From an uncultured Fibrobacteraceae bacterium (lineage in GTDB: Bacteria; Krumholzibacteriota; Krumholzibacteriia; LZORAL124-64-63), in contig CAYQTJ010000002.1 in NCBI GenBank assembly GCA_964420395.1, forward strand, positions 5,248 through 69,247: 64,000 nt of DNA, given 5' to 3'. The translations under genes and the position numbers were made by a program. A model generated the notes under the pieces. The model saw only the letters and a program-made list of their open reading frames with translations. It did not search any database and was not told where the DNA came from. Below are positions 16,931-27,013 of this stretch, piece after piece; within the stretch, counting starts at the first letter, position 1; each line of letters begins with the position of its first letter.

Positions 16931-17401
16931 TCAGGATCGCCGCGAGCGGCGCCGGCGCTGGGGCGCCGGACGCGTCGGGGGACGGTGCGCCGCGCCGACG
17001 AGGTAGAGCGTGCCGGTCAGGGCGGAGAAGGCCGAGAAGGCGAAGGCGCGCGCCGGGACGGCGCCGCCGCGCAGGACGACGACCAGGTCGACCAGCAGCA
17101 GCAGCCCGCGCAGGGCGTAGATCGCGCCGATCCCCAGCAGCACCGTCCGCGCCCGCGCCAGGCGGCGCAGCACCCCCGCGCCGGACAGCGCGTACAGGGC
17201 CCACGCCGTGAACACCAGGGCCAGCGCGAGCGTGAGGAGCGTCGGCAGGACGACCTCGCCCCGTTCCATCCGCGCCGCGAGCGCGGGCGCCCCGAAGAAG
17301 CGGTACCAGTCGGCCCCCCCGAACGCCGTCCCGACGTGCACGGCGGCGACCAGTCCGCTGCAGCCCGCCGCGAGCAGCAGCGCCGTCCGTGTGCGTGCCA
17401 T
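16931..17401 (-). CDS. Hypothetical small integral membrane protein (about 4 TM)
   Basis: Hydrophobic helical segments with an Arg/Pro-rich C-terminal tail. It is not matched to a named family from sequence alone. Confidence 0.45.
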   Translation of the reverse strand: MARTRTALLLAAGCSGLVAAVHVGTAFGGADWYRFFGAPALAARMERGEVVLPTLLTLALALVFTAWALYALSGAGVLRRLARARTVLLGIGAIYALRGLLLLVDLVVVLRGGAVPARAFAFSAFSALTGTLYLVGAAHRPPTRPAPQRRRRSRRS

Positions 17402-17436
17402 TCCGCGTTCCTTTCTTCCGGTCCCGCCGGCGACGC

Positions 17437-18954
17437 CTACCTGGCGACGTCCGCCGCCGTGGCGCGGTACAGGTAGCAGTCCTCTTCGCCGACGATGCCG
17501 CCCGTGAACCGGGCGAGCTCCGCCAGGGCGAGTCCCGCCGGCAGTGGCCCCGGCGGCCGGTCGAGCAGCAGCAGCGCCGGTTCGCCCGGCGACGCCGCGA
17601 GCCGCGCCCGCAGTCGCTCGAGCAGCCCGGCCTGCAGGTGCGGACGCGCGTTCGCGCCGGAGCGCCAGATGGAGAAGCTGGCCCAGCGTTCGTCACCGAG
17701 CTGGTAGACCGGTCGATCCAGGTGCGCGCTCAGGGGGGGGCCGAGCCGACGGCGGTCGACGTAGATGGGCAGCGGGCTCAGATCGGACGAGGACAGCCGG
17801 GCCGCGGCCGCCTTCGTCTGCGAGAACGGATGTCGCCAGTCCGCCACGTAGGCGTAGCACCCGGCCACGGCCTGCGCGCCGAGCAGGCCCCACAGCAGGG
17901 GAGCGCGGATCGCGTCGGACCGCCGCCGCCACCGGCTCGCGCGTGCTGACGGGGCTCGCGCGTCGGGCTCGCGGGCGAACAGCCACAGTCCCGCCAGCAG
18001 CGCCACGTAGAGATGGCCCTGGTGGCGCAGCGCGCCGCCGAACTTCAGCAGGCTGAACGCCAGCAGGCCGGCCGTCGCCAGCGCGTAGAAGAGGAGGGCG
18101 CGGGCACGCGGCAAGAGGGCCAGCGCGCCCAGCCCCAGCATCAGCAGCCCCGCGGCGAACATGACGTCGCCCGAGGCGAAGCCCTCCAGGACGTTCGTAT
18201 CCCAGAACGGCGGGGGGGCGAAGCGGGGGAGCGGCACGTAGCTGCGCCAGACGCCGCGCACGACGCCATGGACCCGATTCGCATCCAGGTCGTGTCCCCA
18301 CCCGGCGTGCGCCGCGTCGGCCGCCGGGACCATCTGGAGGACGGCGAGCGCGCAGCCGACGGCGAAGACGAGGAGCGGCCGGCGCCGCCGCGCGCCCGTC
18401 CGCTCCGTGAAGAGGGGCACGGCGAACGCCAGCGCGAGGATCAGGCCGTAGATGCTGGTGTTCGCCAGCAGCGCCAGCACGAGGCCCAGGGCCGGCAGCC
18501 GCTCCCGTCGCCGGGGGAGGAGCGCGCAGCAGACCCAGAGCAGCGCGATCCCCAGCCCGTACGCGCGCGCGATCAGCCCGTACTCGAACAGCGTGAAGTA
18601 GCCGGCGGCGAACAGGATCTTCGGGAGCCTCCCCAGCGGCGCGTGGCGCGCCACGACCCAGACCCCCGCGGCGGCCAGCCCCGCGTGCAGCGCCTGCATG
18701 GCGAAGACCTGGCGCGTGACGCGCGTGACCAGCCAGAGCAGCAGGTGCCACAGGGCGGGATGCCCCTCGTGCCGCATGTTGGCCAGCAGGGCCCACGGCG
18801 TGGCGCTGTCGCGCGCCAGCAGCCACGCCTGCGCCTCGTCGCGCCAGATCTCGTGCCGCGCGACACCGGCCAGCGCGGCGGCGCAGAACAGGGCGGTGAG
18901 CAGGGCGGCGAAGCGGCTCGCGTCGGGCGGGGCCAGGGAGTCGGACTCGTTCAT
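17437..18954 (-). CDS. Polytopic membrane protein, GT-C-like (possible glycosyl/mannosyltransferase-like)
   Basis: 505 aa, with more than 10 predicted TM helices in the N-terminal two thirds and a soluble C-terminal domain. The family assignment is uncertain. Confidence 0.55.
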   Translation of the reverse strand: MNESDSLAPPDASRFAALLTALFCAAALAGVARHEIWRDEAQAWLLARDSATPWALLANMRHEGHPALWHLLLWLVTRVTRQVFAMQALHAGLAAAGVWVVARHAPLGRLPKILFAAGYFTLFEYGLIARAYGLGIALLWVCCALLPRRRERLPALGLVLALLANTSIYGLILALAFAVPLFTERTGARRRRPLLVFAVGCALAVLQMVPAADAAHAGWGHDLDANRVHGVVRGVWRSYVPLPRFAPPPFWDTNVLEGFASGDVMFAAGLLMLGLGALALLPRARALLFYALATAGLLAFSLLKFGGALRHQGHLYVALLAGLWLFAREPDARAPSARASRWRRRSDAIRAPLLWGLLGAQAVAGCYAYVADWRHPFSQTKAAAARLSSSDLSPLPIYVDRRRLGPPLSAHLDRPVYQLGDERWASFSIWRSGANARPHLQAGLLERLRARLAASPGEPALLLLDRPPGPLPAGLALAELARFTGGIVGEEDCYLYRATAADVAR

Positions 18955-19353
18955 GGGTGCTCCGGGCCCGGGACCGGCAAGTCAGCGGGCGCGAAACCCG
19001 CCGGGCTCCGCGGCGCGGCGAGAGCTTAGGCAGGCCGGAGCGGGGCGTCAATGCCGCCTGGCCGGGCGGCGTTGCGCTGTCCCGGCAACGGCGACATCGA
19101 GGGCTGAATCAATCTTCACACTCTCCGTTCGCGAGCCCGGGAAATTTTCCGCAACCCGTGCGCTTTTTGCGCAACGAATCGTTCTTTCCTACGTACCTTG
19201 ATTCTGTTTTCGCAAATGTACGCCGGCCGATTCGATCGGCGCGGCGCCACGACGCCACCCGTCCCCCCTGCCGCCCCTACCCGGTGAGCTGGAGACGCAG
19301 CGCCGCGGCGCCCCTGCGATCCCGCGGGGACCGCTGGAACACCGGGAGTGACC

Positions 19354-20835
19354 ATGCTGCGCAGAGTGCTGGCGTCCGCGCTGGGGCTCATCCTCGTTCT
19401 GGCCCTCACGGGGCTCGTGGCGCGGGATCGCGCGCGCTCCCCGCGCCGTCCGGACGTCGTGATGATCGCCATCGACACCCTTCGGGGCGACCATCTCCAC
19501 TGCTTCGGCAACGACTGGATCCGCACGCCCCATCTCGACGCCCTGGCCCGCGACGGAGTCCGCTTCACGCGCTGCTACGCCACCGCGCCGTGGACCCTGC
19601 CGTCGTTCGCCTCGATCTTCACCGGCTTGACGCCGAGCCACCACGGCGCCGTCGGCGGGACGCGCGAGGTCCTCGACGACCGCTTCACCACCCTCGCCGA
19701 GCACCTCGACCGCGCCGGCTACCGCACCTACGGCTACGCGACCGTCAAGTGGCTGACCCCCCCGTTCGGCACGGCCCAGGGCTTCAACTTCGAGCTGCCG
19801 GTGGAGTCGCCGCCGGACCTCGAAGGGGGACCGCTGGTGACGGCGCTGGGGCGGGCCACGTTCGACCTGCCGCGCGACAAGCCGCTCTTCACGTTCCTGC
19901 ACTACTTCGACGCGCACGCCCCGTACGCGCCGCCGCCGCCGTTCGCGCGCATGTACTACGAGGGCGACGAGCGGGCGCCCGGCGCGCCGGTGCTCGACTT
20001 CCTGCGCTCGCCCGCCAACGCCGCGCCCAACCGCGCCGGAGGCATCTACGACTGGCTGGCCGGCGTGACCGACCTGCGGTTCCCCGCGCGGGAGTACGCG
20101 GCCGGCGTCAGCTACACCGACGACCACGTGGGGCGGGTCGTGGCCGAACTCAAGCGGCGCAAGCGCTATGACGACACGCTGATCATCGTCGTGGCCGACC
20201 ACGGCGAACACCTCGGCGAGCACGGCCTCTGGTTCACGCACGCGCTGCCGTACCAGGAGACGCTGCACGTGCCCCTGCTCGTCAAGCTGCCGCGCGGCCG
20301 CGCCGCCGGCCGCCTGATCGATACGCCGGTCTCCACGCTCGACCTCCTGCCGACCCTGCTCGACTGGCTCGACCTCCCTGCGGCGGAAGGCGACGGGCGG
20401 AGCCTGCGGGATCTCGTCGAGGGGCGCGACCGGGGCGACGCCTCGCTGCTCGTGGCCGAGCAGGGGTCGGAGCCGGACGACCTCTCCAAGTCGCTGACCG
20501 ACTGGCCGTGGAAGATGATCTACTTCCGCTCTCCCGCGGGCGAGCGCTACGAGCTCTACGATCTGAGCCGGGACCCCGACGAGCGGCACGACCTCGCCGC
20601 GCAGCGCCCGGCCGACCTGGCCCGCCTCAGCGCCCGCCTCTGGACGCTGTTCGAAGAGCAGCACCCCCTCGGTTTCGGCTCCGCGTCGGGCCCGGCCGAC
20701 CTGGACGCCGCCGCGCGCCGGCAACTGCGCTCCCTCGGCTACCTGACGGGGCGCGCCGCTTCGGAGCCGCCGGCCCCATCCGCTCCCGGCTCCCCCTCCG
20801 GCCCGGCCCGGGCCGCGAGCCGCGCGCGCGACTGA
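19354..20835 (+). CDS. Sulfatase (arylsulfatase / alkaline-phosphatase superfamily)
   Basis: IAIDTLRGDHLHCFGND...TPHLDALA...YATAPWTLPSFASIFTG contains the sulfatase signature, with the formylglycine C-x-P-x-R region replaced by an S-like/ATAPWT variant. ...VVADHGEHLGEHG. The ATG at 19354 follows GGGAG; an upstream GTG at 19348 is the alternative. Confidence 0.8.
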   Translation: MLRRVLASALGLILVLALTGLVARDRARSPRRPDVVMIAIDTLRGDHLHCFGNDWIRTPHLDALARDGVRFTRCYATAPWTLPSFASIFTGLTPSHHGAVGGTREVLDDRFTTLAEHLDRAGYRTYGYATVKWLTPPFGTAQGFNFELPVESPPDLEGGPLVTALGRATFDLPRDKPLFTFLHYFDAHAPYAPPPPFARMYYEGDERAPGAPVLDFLRSPANAAPNRAGGIYDWLAGVTDLRFPAREYAAGVSYTDDHVGRVVAELKRRKRYDDTLIIVVADHGEHLGEHGLWFTHALPYQETLHVPLLVKLPRGRAAGRLIDTPVSTLDLLPTLLDWLDLPAAEGDGRSLRDLVEGRDRGDASLLVAEQGSEPDDLSKSLTDWPWKMIYFRSPAGERYELYDLSRDPDERHDLAAQRPADLARLSARLWTLFEEQHPLGFGSASGPADLDAAARRQLRSLGYLTGRAASEPPAPSAPGSPSGPARAASRARD

Positions 20836-20954
20836 GCCGCGGGAGGCTGCGGTTCCTTTCCCCGTTTACGTCGCAGGAAGAAAGAAATATCCTCACCCGG
20901 ACGGTCGGAACGGATCGGACGCCGTGTCGCCGCCTGCCCCGGGGGGTGGATCGG

Positions 20955-21467
20955 ATGGCCTTCAGCGCCCTCGATGATCCTGCCCGCCAGCCTGCGCCCG
21001 CCGACCTGCGCCGGGTTCTCGCCGCCGCGGCCCCGCTGTGGCGCAGGATCATCTCCCATGCTGCCGAAAGCTGTCCGCCCATCACCGAGGTATGGAGCCA
21101 CGGGGGCGCCAGGGGGGGATGGTCGCTTCGTCTCAAGCGGGGCGATCGCGTCCTTCTCTACATGACGCCGCAGGCCTCGTGCATCCAGGTCGGTTTCGTC
21201 CTCGGCGAGAAGGCCGCCCGGTCCGCGCACGCGGTCGGGCTGCCGGCGCCGGTCCTGGAGCTGATCGACAAGGCGCCCCGTTACGCGGAGGGGCGCGGGA
21301 TCCGCTTCCCGGTCGCCACGGACGCCGACCTGTCCGTGGTGAAGCACCTGCTCGCGCTGAAGGCGGGGGCGGTCGCGGCGCCGAAGTCGAAGCCGACGCC
21401 GGCGCGCGCGGCGCCCGGCGCGGCGGGTGATGCCGTTTCCGGCCCGCCGAGGCGCCGCAGTTCCTGA
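20955..21467 (+). CDS. DUF3788 family protein
   Basis: ...GWSLRLKRGDRVLLYMTPQASCIQVGFVLGEK...RYAEGRGIRFPV... matches the DUF3788 consensus. The track ORF starts earlier (20508) with low-complexity translation. Confidence 0.6.
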   Translation: MAFSALDDPARQPAPADLRRVLAAAAPLWRRIISHAAESCPPITEVWSHGGARGGWSLRLKRGDRVLLYMTPQASCIQVGFVLGEKAARSAHAVGLPAPVLELIDKAPRYAEGRGIRFPVATDADLSVVKHLLALKAGAVAAPKSKPTPARAAPGAAGDAVSGPPRRRSS

Positions 21468-21608
21468 ACCGTTGCCCGTTCACGCCTTCGCAGCGATTGT
21501 GTCCGCTCGTGAGACCCGGGAACGGGCGGCCTCCGGGGACGGCATCCCCGGGGCACGACCGACCGGGCGCGGTCGCCCGGCCTGGAATCCGGAGGAGAGG
21601 CGCTCGTC

Positions 21609-22685
21609 ATGATCTGGCTCTGGTTCGCCTTCATCGCGCTGATTCTGCTTCTGCTGGCGCTGGACCTGGGGGTCTTCCACCGCAAGGCCCATGTCGTCGG
21701 CGTGAGGGAGGCCGTCGGCTGGTCCGCGGTGTGGATCGCCATGGGGCTGGCGTTCTCGGTCTTCGTCTACTTCGCCTACGACGGCCACTGGTTCGGCCTC
21801 GGCACCGTTGCGGACGCGGTCGACGGGGTCGTGAACGACGGCGCCTCGGCGGTGGGGAAGTACCTGACCGGCTACGTCGTCGAGAAGTCGCTCAGCGTCG
21901 ACAACATCTTCGTGATCGCCATGATCTTCGGCTTCTTCGCCGTGCCGCCGCTCTACCAGCACCGCGTGCTGTTCTGGGGCATCATCGGCGCGCTGATCAT
22001 GCGCGGGGCCATGATCTGGCTCGGGGCGAAGCTGATCGCGGAGTTCCACTGGATCCTCTACGTCTTTGCGGCCTTCCTGATCCTGACGGCGATCAAGATG
22101 CTCGCCGTCAAGACGGAGCACGCCGACCCGGGCCGCAACGTGGTCGTCCGGCTGACGCGACGCCTGTTCCCCGTGACCGCCCGCTTCCACGGCGAGCATT
22201 TCGTCGTGCGGGCCGGGACGTCGGCGTCGCTCGAGAGCGAGGTTCCCGGCGCGGCCGCCCTGCCGGACGAGGTGGTGGCGAAGGCGAAGCCGGGCACGCT
22301 GCTGCTCACGCCGCTGGCCCTGGCGCTCGTGATGGTCGAGACGACCGACCTGATCTTCGCCGTCGACTCGATCCCGGCCATCTTCGCGATCACGTCCGAT
22401 CCGTTCCTCGTCTTCACCAGCAACGTGTTCGCGATCCTCGGCCTGCGATCGCTCTACTTCGCCCTGGCCGGGATGGTGAACAGGTTCCGCTACCTCAAGG
22501 TGGCGCTGGCCCTGGTGCTGATGGTCGTGGGGGTGAAGATGCTGCTCGCCGAGTGGCTCAAGCGCCTCCTCGGGAAGCAGTTCAACCTCTACGTGCTGGC
22601 CGCGGTGCTGGGGATCCTGGCGGTCGGCGTCGTCTGCTCGCTCCTGGCCGATCGTCGCGACCGCGCCCGGGGAATGGCCCGATGA
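21609..22685 (+). CDS. TerC family integral membrane protein (Alx-like)
   Basis: MIWLWFAFIALILLLLALDLGVFHRKAH...SLSVDNIFVIAMIF... is canonical TerC. Confidence 0.85.
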   Translation: MIWLWFAFIALILLLLALDLGVFHRKAHVVGVREAVGWSAVWIAMGLAFSVFVYFAYDGHWFGLGTVADAVDGVVNDGASAVGKYLTGYVVEKSLSVDNIFVIAMIFGFFAVPPLYQHRVLFWGIIGALIMRGAMIWLGAKLIAEFHWILYVFAAFLILTAIKMLAVKTEHADPGRNVVVRLTRRLFPVTARFHGEHFVVRAGTSASLESEVPGAAALPDEVVAKAKPGTLLLTPLALALVMVETTDLIFAVDSIPAIFAITSDPFLVFTSNVFAILGLRSLYFALAGMVNRFRYLKVALALVLMVVGVKMLLAEWLKRLLGKQFNLYVLAAVLGILAVGVVCSLLADRRDRARGMAR

Positions 22686-23923
22686 GGACGATGGCCGACA
22701 GGGCTCTGAAGCCGCTGCAGGACTTCCTGCGGCTCGAAGCCGCCGGCGGCCTCCTGCTGATGGCGGCGACCGCCGTGGCCCTGGTCGCCGCCAACTCCCC
22801 CCTGGCCGGTCCCTATGCCGCCCTGCTGGACCTGCCGCTCGAATTCAGGATCGGCGGCTTCGCCATCGCCAAGCCGCTGCTGCTGTGGATCAACGATGGC
22901 CTGATGGCCGTGTTCTTCTTCCTCGTGGGCCTGGAGCTGAAGCGCGAACTGATCGAGGGGCACCTGTCGAGCCTGCGCCGGGCGAGCCTGCCGGCGTTCG
23001 CGGCCCTGGGCGGAATGCTCGCGCCCGCCGCTCTCTACGCGGCTCTCAACCGCGGCGACCCCGTCGCGTTGAGAGGATGGGCCATCCCCACGGCAACCGA
23101 CATCGCCTTCGCGCTGGGGGTATTGTCCCTGCTGGGCAGCCGGGTGCCGTCCGCGTTGAAGGCCTTCCTGCTGAGCGTGGCCATCTTCGACGACCTCGGG
23201 GCGATCATCGTGATCGCCCTGTTCTACACGGACGGGCTGTCGCTGCTCTCCCTCGCCGTGGCGGCCGTGCTCGTGCTCGGCCTGGCCGGCCTCAACCGGG
23301 CGGGCGTGACCAGGCCGGCCGCCTATCTCCTGATCGGCGTGCCGCTGTGGGTGGCGGTGCTCAAGTCCGGCGTGCACGCCACGCTGGCCGGCGTCGTGGT
23401 GGCGATGTTCATCCCGCTGCGCGCGCGCCCCGGATCCCCCGCGGCGGCGCCCGCGCCCGAGCCGTTGCTGCGCCGCCTGGAGCACGCGCTGCATCCCTGG
23501 GTGGCGTTCGGCGTGCTGCCGGTCTTCGCGTTCGCCAACGCCGGCGTCCCGCTCGCCGGGCTCTCCCTGGCGGACGCGCTGCATCCGGTCCCGCTCGGCA
23601 TCGCGGGCGGGCTGTTCGTCGGCAAGCAGATCGGCGTCTTGGCGATGAGCGGGCTGGCGGTGCGGCTGGGTCTGGCATCGCGGCCCGACGGGGTCGGCTG
23701 GCGGCAGCTGTACGGGACGGCGCTGCTGTGCGGCGTCGGCTTCACGATGAGCCTCTTCATCGCGTCACTGGCGTTCGAACAAGGCGGGCCGGCCTATTCC
23801 GGGGCGGAGCGACTCGGCATCCTGGGCGGTTCGCTCCTGTCGGGGCTGGCCGGCTATGTCGTGCTGCGGGCGGGTCCGGGTCCGGCGCCGGACGGGGCGG
23901 CGCTGGCGCGCCCCACGGCATAG
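22682..23923 (+). CDS. nhaA: Na+/H+ antiporter NhaA
   Basis: ...FFFLVGLELKRE...IPTATDIAFALGVLSLLG...AIFDDLGAIIVIALFYT is canonical NhaA. The start overlaps the terC stop as ATGA. Confidence 0.85.
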   Translation: MRTMADRALKPLQDFLRLEAAGGLLLMAATAVALVAANSPLAGPYAALLDLPLEFRIGGFAIAKPLLLWINDGLMAVFFFLVGLELKRELIEGHLSSLRRASLPAFAALGGMLAPAALYAALNRGDPVALRGWAIPTATDIAFALGVLSLLGSRVPSALKAFLLSVAIFDDLGAIIVIALFYTDGLSLLSLAVAAVLVLGLAGLNRAGVTRPAAYLLIGVPLWVAVLKSGVHATLAGVVVAMFIPLRARPGSPAAAPAPEPLLRRLEHALHPWVAFGVLPVFAFANAGVPLAGLSLADALHPVPLGIAGGLFVGKQIGVLAMSGLAVRLGLASRPDGVGWRQLYGTALLCGVGFTMSLFIASLAFEQGGPAYSGAERLGILGGSLLSGLAGYVVLRAGPGPAPDGAALARPTA

Positions 23924-24027
23924 GCGAGGATGACGCGATGACGACTCCGCTGCTGTGCTGTTGGCGCGCCCCGCGCGGACGTGGCCCCGCCACGGGAAGC
24001 GCGCCGAGCACCCGACAGGAGGGGGCC

Positions 24028-24948
24028 ATGAAGACTCGAAACGGGGCGGCCGGCCTGCTGGCCGTCCTCTGCCTGGTTTCGTTCGCCGACGCCGGAGCCC
24101 AGGAAAGGCGCCCCCCGCGACAGATCACCGACGATCCTGCCCAGGAGGGCTTTCCCGCCTGGTCGCCGGACGGGAAGACCATCGTCTTCTCGCGCATCGG
24201 CAAGGCCCTGGACCCCGCATCCACCGGGCTGTGGCGGGTTCCGCGGGAGGGCGGCGAGGCGACGCGGCTGACCACCGTGCTGGCCGAGCATCCCAGCTGG
24301 TCTCCCGACGGCAACTACATCGTGTTCGACGCGGACGAGGGCAGCAGCATCAAGCTGATCTCGGCGACCGGCGGCGCGCCGATCCGCATCGTGCCGGAGT
24401 CGATCCCGGTGTCACGCGGAGGCAACCCGAGGTGGTCGCCGGACGGTTCGCGCATCGCCTTCCGCGAGGGCTCGAATCTCTGGGTGCTGGAGGTCTCGAC
24501 CGGCCGGCTGGCGAAGGCGTTCAGCGAGGCCGACCTGCTGCCCATCCCGAGCTGCTGGTCGCGCGACGGGACGGGCATCTACACGGTGCTGCGCGCCGGC
24601 CAGTCGCCGCTGACCACGCTCTGGTTGCTCTCCGCGACCGGGGAGGGAAGGCGGCAACTCACCTTCGAGAAGGAGGCGATCTACAGGTACATGGACCTGT
24701 CGCCCGATGGCTCGCTCCTGGCCTTCGTGGCGTACGAAGGGCGCGAGTGCGACGTGTGGGTCATGCCGGCGGACGGCGGCCGGAGGATCCGGATCACCTC
24801 CGCGCCCGGCTACGACGACACCCCGCGCTGGTCGCCGGACGGGGGGACCATCGCCTTCACCAGCACGCGGTCCGGCAACTTCGACGTCTGGACGATCGAC
24901 GTGGACCTCGACGCGGTGCGCGGGGAGCTGACCGGACCCGAGCACTAG
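24028..24948 (+). CDS. TolB-like WD40/PD40 beta-propeller repeat protein (periplasmic)
   Basis: Signal peptide MKTRNGAAGLLAVLCLVSFADAGA, followed by repeated PD40 motifs (W/FSPDG..I.F). AGGAGGGGG precedes the ATG. The upstream part of the track ORF is spurious. Confidence 0.7.
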   Translation: MKTRNGAAGLLAVLCLVSFADAGAQERRPPRQITDDPAQEGFPAWSPDGKTIVFSRIGKALDPASTGLWRVPREGGEATRLTTVLAEHPSWSPDGNYIVFDADEGSSIKLISATGGAPIRIVPESIPVSRGGNPRWSPDGSRIAFREGSNLWVLEVSTGRLAKAFSEADLLPIPSCWSRDGTGIYTVLRAGQSPLTTLWLLSATGEGRRQLTFEKEAIYRYMDLSPDGSLLAFVAYEGRECDVWVMPADGGRRIRITSAPGYDDTPRWSPDGGTIAFTSTRSGNFDVWTIDVDLDAVRGELTGPEH

Positions 24949-25001
24949 TCCGGACGCCGGTGCGCGCGGGCGCGGCGGCCTCCGTTGCCGAAGGAACGGC
25001 C

Positions 25002-26180
25002 ATGGCGCGGCAAGACCACGGACACGGCGTGAAGCTGGCGGGCCTGGCGCTGGCCGTCGTGCTCTCCCTTGCCGGCTGCGCGACGTCGCCACGCGGGACG
25101 CAGCGGCCCGACGGGGCGGCGATCGACGCCGCGGCGCTGCGACTGATGGCGCGCGAGGGGGTGCAGGGCCTGGCGCTGGCGGTCATCGAGGAGGGGAGGG
25201 TCGTGCACGTGGCAGCCCTCGGCCGGCGCAGCGTGGAACGGGACCTCCCGCTGACCGTCGACACCATCATGTATGGCGCTTCGCTGACGAAGACGGCGTT
25301 CGCCTACATGGTCCTGCAGCTCGTGGACGAAGGAAGGCTGGACCTCGACGCCCCGGTGGGCGAGCTGCTGCCCCGTCCCCTGCCCGAGCACCCCGACTAT
25401 GCCGATCTGGCGGACGACGCGCGCTGGCGGCTGCTGACGCCGCGCATCCTGCTGACGCACACCTCCGGGTTCGCCAATTTCCGCTGGCTCGAGCCGGACA
25501 AGCGGCTGCGGTTCCACCACGACCCGGGCAGCCGCTACGGCTATTCCGGCGAGGGCTTCTACATCCTGCAGCTCGTTCTCGAGGAGGGGCTCGGCCTGGA
25601 CGTGGGCAGGGAGATGCAGACGCGCGTCTTCGACCGCTTCGGCATGGTGAACACCAGCATGACGTGGCGGCCCGACTTCGCGGCGAACCTGGCGGACGGC
25701 TACGGGCTCGACGGCGCGATGGAGCCGCACGACGAGCGTGGCAGCGTCAGCGCCGCCGGCTCCATGGACACGAGCATCGCCGACCAGGCCCGACTCTGGG
25801 CCGGCATCGTGCGGGGCGACGGCCTCAGCGCCGCCTCGCGCGCGGAGCTGGTCCGCCCGCAGGCGCCGATCGCGACGGCCCACCAGTTCCCGACCCTGAT
25901 GACGGAGACCGCGCCGCGCAACGCGGCGGTCGGCCTGGCGGCGGGGCTGGGCGTGGTGACCTTCCGGGACGGGAGCGGGCCGGCGTGGTTCAAGGGCGGC
26001 CACAACGACTGGACCGGCAACCTGGTGGTCTGCCTCGAGAGCGGGAAGCGCTGCCTGGTCCTGCTGGCCAACGACGTTCGGGCCGAGCGCCTGTACCCGG
26101 AGCTGGCCCGGGCCGTTCTCGGAGATACCTCGCTGCCCTGGGCGTGGGAGTACGACTGGCTCGACGCTCCGCGCCCCTAG
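25002..26180 (+). CDS. Serine hydrolase, beta-lactamase (class C-like) family lipoprotein
   Basis: Lipoprotein signal (LSLAGCATS). The SLTK (S-x-x-K) motif sits in ...TIMYGASLTKTAFAYMVLQLVDEG... and YSGEG is the Y-x-N-like element. RBS AAGGAA. Confidence 0.75.
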   Translation: MARQDHGHGVKLAGLALAVVLSLAGCATSPRGTQRPDGAAIDAAALRLMAREGVQGLALAVIEEGRVVHVAALGRRSVERDLPLTVDTIMYGASLTKTAFAYMVLQLVDEGRLDLDAPVGELLPRPLPEHPDYADLADDARWRLLTPRILLTHTSGFANFRWLEPDKRLRFHHDPGSRYGYSGEGFYILQLVLEEGLGLDVGREMQTRVFDRFGMVNTSMTWRPDFAANLADGYGLDGAMEPHDERGSVSAAGSMDTSIADQARLWAGIVRGDGLSAASRAELVRPQAPIATAHQFPTLMTETAPRNAAVGLAAGLGVVTFRDGSGPAWFKGGHNDWTGNLVVCLESGKRCLVLLANDVRAERLYPELARAVLGDTSLPWAWEYDWLDAPRP

Positions 26181-27013
26181 TAGTCGCTCCCCATCGGCAG
26201 CGCCTCGAGCTCCCGGGCGTTGAACACCGGACCCTCCTTGCAGACGTACGTGCCGCCGATGTTGCAGCGGCCGCACTTGCCCACCCCGCACTTCATGCGG
26301 TTCTCGAGGGTCGTGTAGATCTGCTCCGGGGTGAAGCCGAGCTTCTCCAGCACCGGCATCGAGTACTTGATCATGATCGGAGGACCGCACACGAAGGCCA
26401 GGCCGTTGGCGGACGGCGGGGCGTACTGCTCGAGCACGGTCGGCACGAAGCCGATCCTGCCCTTCCAGTCGGGCGTTTCGCCGCCGGGGTCGACCGTCGT
26501 CACCAACTCGACGTCGGCGCGGGCCTCCCACTCGGCCAACTCGTGCTTGTAGACCAGGTCCGACACGGTGCGCGCGCCGTAGACGATGCGCACGGCGCCG
26601 AACTCGTCGCGCCGGTCGAGGACGTTCCAGATCAGGCAGCGCAGCGGGGGCAGGGCGATGCCGCCGATGACGAACAGCAGGTCCCTGCCGCGGAAGTCGT
26701 CGAGCGGGAAGTGGTTGCCGTACGGGCCGCGGAAGCCGATGACGTCGCCCACCTCCTGCCTGCGCAGCACCTCGGTCACCTTGCCCACGGCGCGGAAGGT
26801 GCACTCGATGTGGTCCTTCCAGGTGGGGGGGGAGGCGATGCAGAAGGTCGACTCGCCCTCGCCGAACGCCGAGTACAGGCCGAACTGCCCGGCGAGGAAC
26901 GAGAAGCTCTCGCGCATCTCCGGGTCGACGAAGCGCAGCTTGAGCGTCTTGACGTCGGGCGTCTCCTGACGGGTCTCGATGACCTCCATCAGGTGCGGCG
27001 TGTAGAGCCTCAT
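26177..27013 (-). CDS. FlxA-like NAD(P)H:flavin oxidoreductase with FAD/NAD(P)-binding domains and a C-terminal [2Fe-2S] cluster (AsrB/HydG/PyrK-like)
   Basis: MRLYTPHLMEVIETRQETPDVKTLKLRF... (FAD-binding beta barrel), then GGIALPPL (NAD(P)-binding), then the C-terminal CGVGKCGRC 2Fe-2S motif. It is the last gene of the hdr-flx operon. Confidence 0.75.
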   Translation of the reverse strand: MRLYTPHLMEVIETRQETPDVKTLKLRFVDPEMRESFSFLAGQFGLYSAFGEGESTFCIASPPTWKDHIECTFRAVGKVTEVLRRQEVGDVIGFRGPYGNHFPLDDFRGRDLLFVIGGIALPPLRCLIWNVLDRRDEFGAVRIVYGARTVSDLVYKHELAEWEARADVELVTTVDPGGETPDWKGRIGFVPTVLEQYAPPSANGLAFVCGPPIMIKYSMPVLEKLGFTPEQIYTTLENRMKCGVGKCGRCNIGGTYVCKEGPVFNARELEALPMGSDY

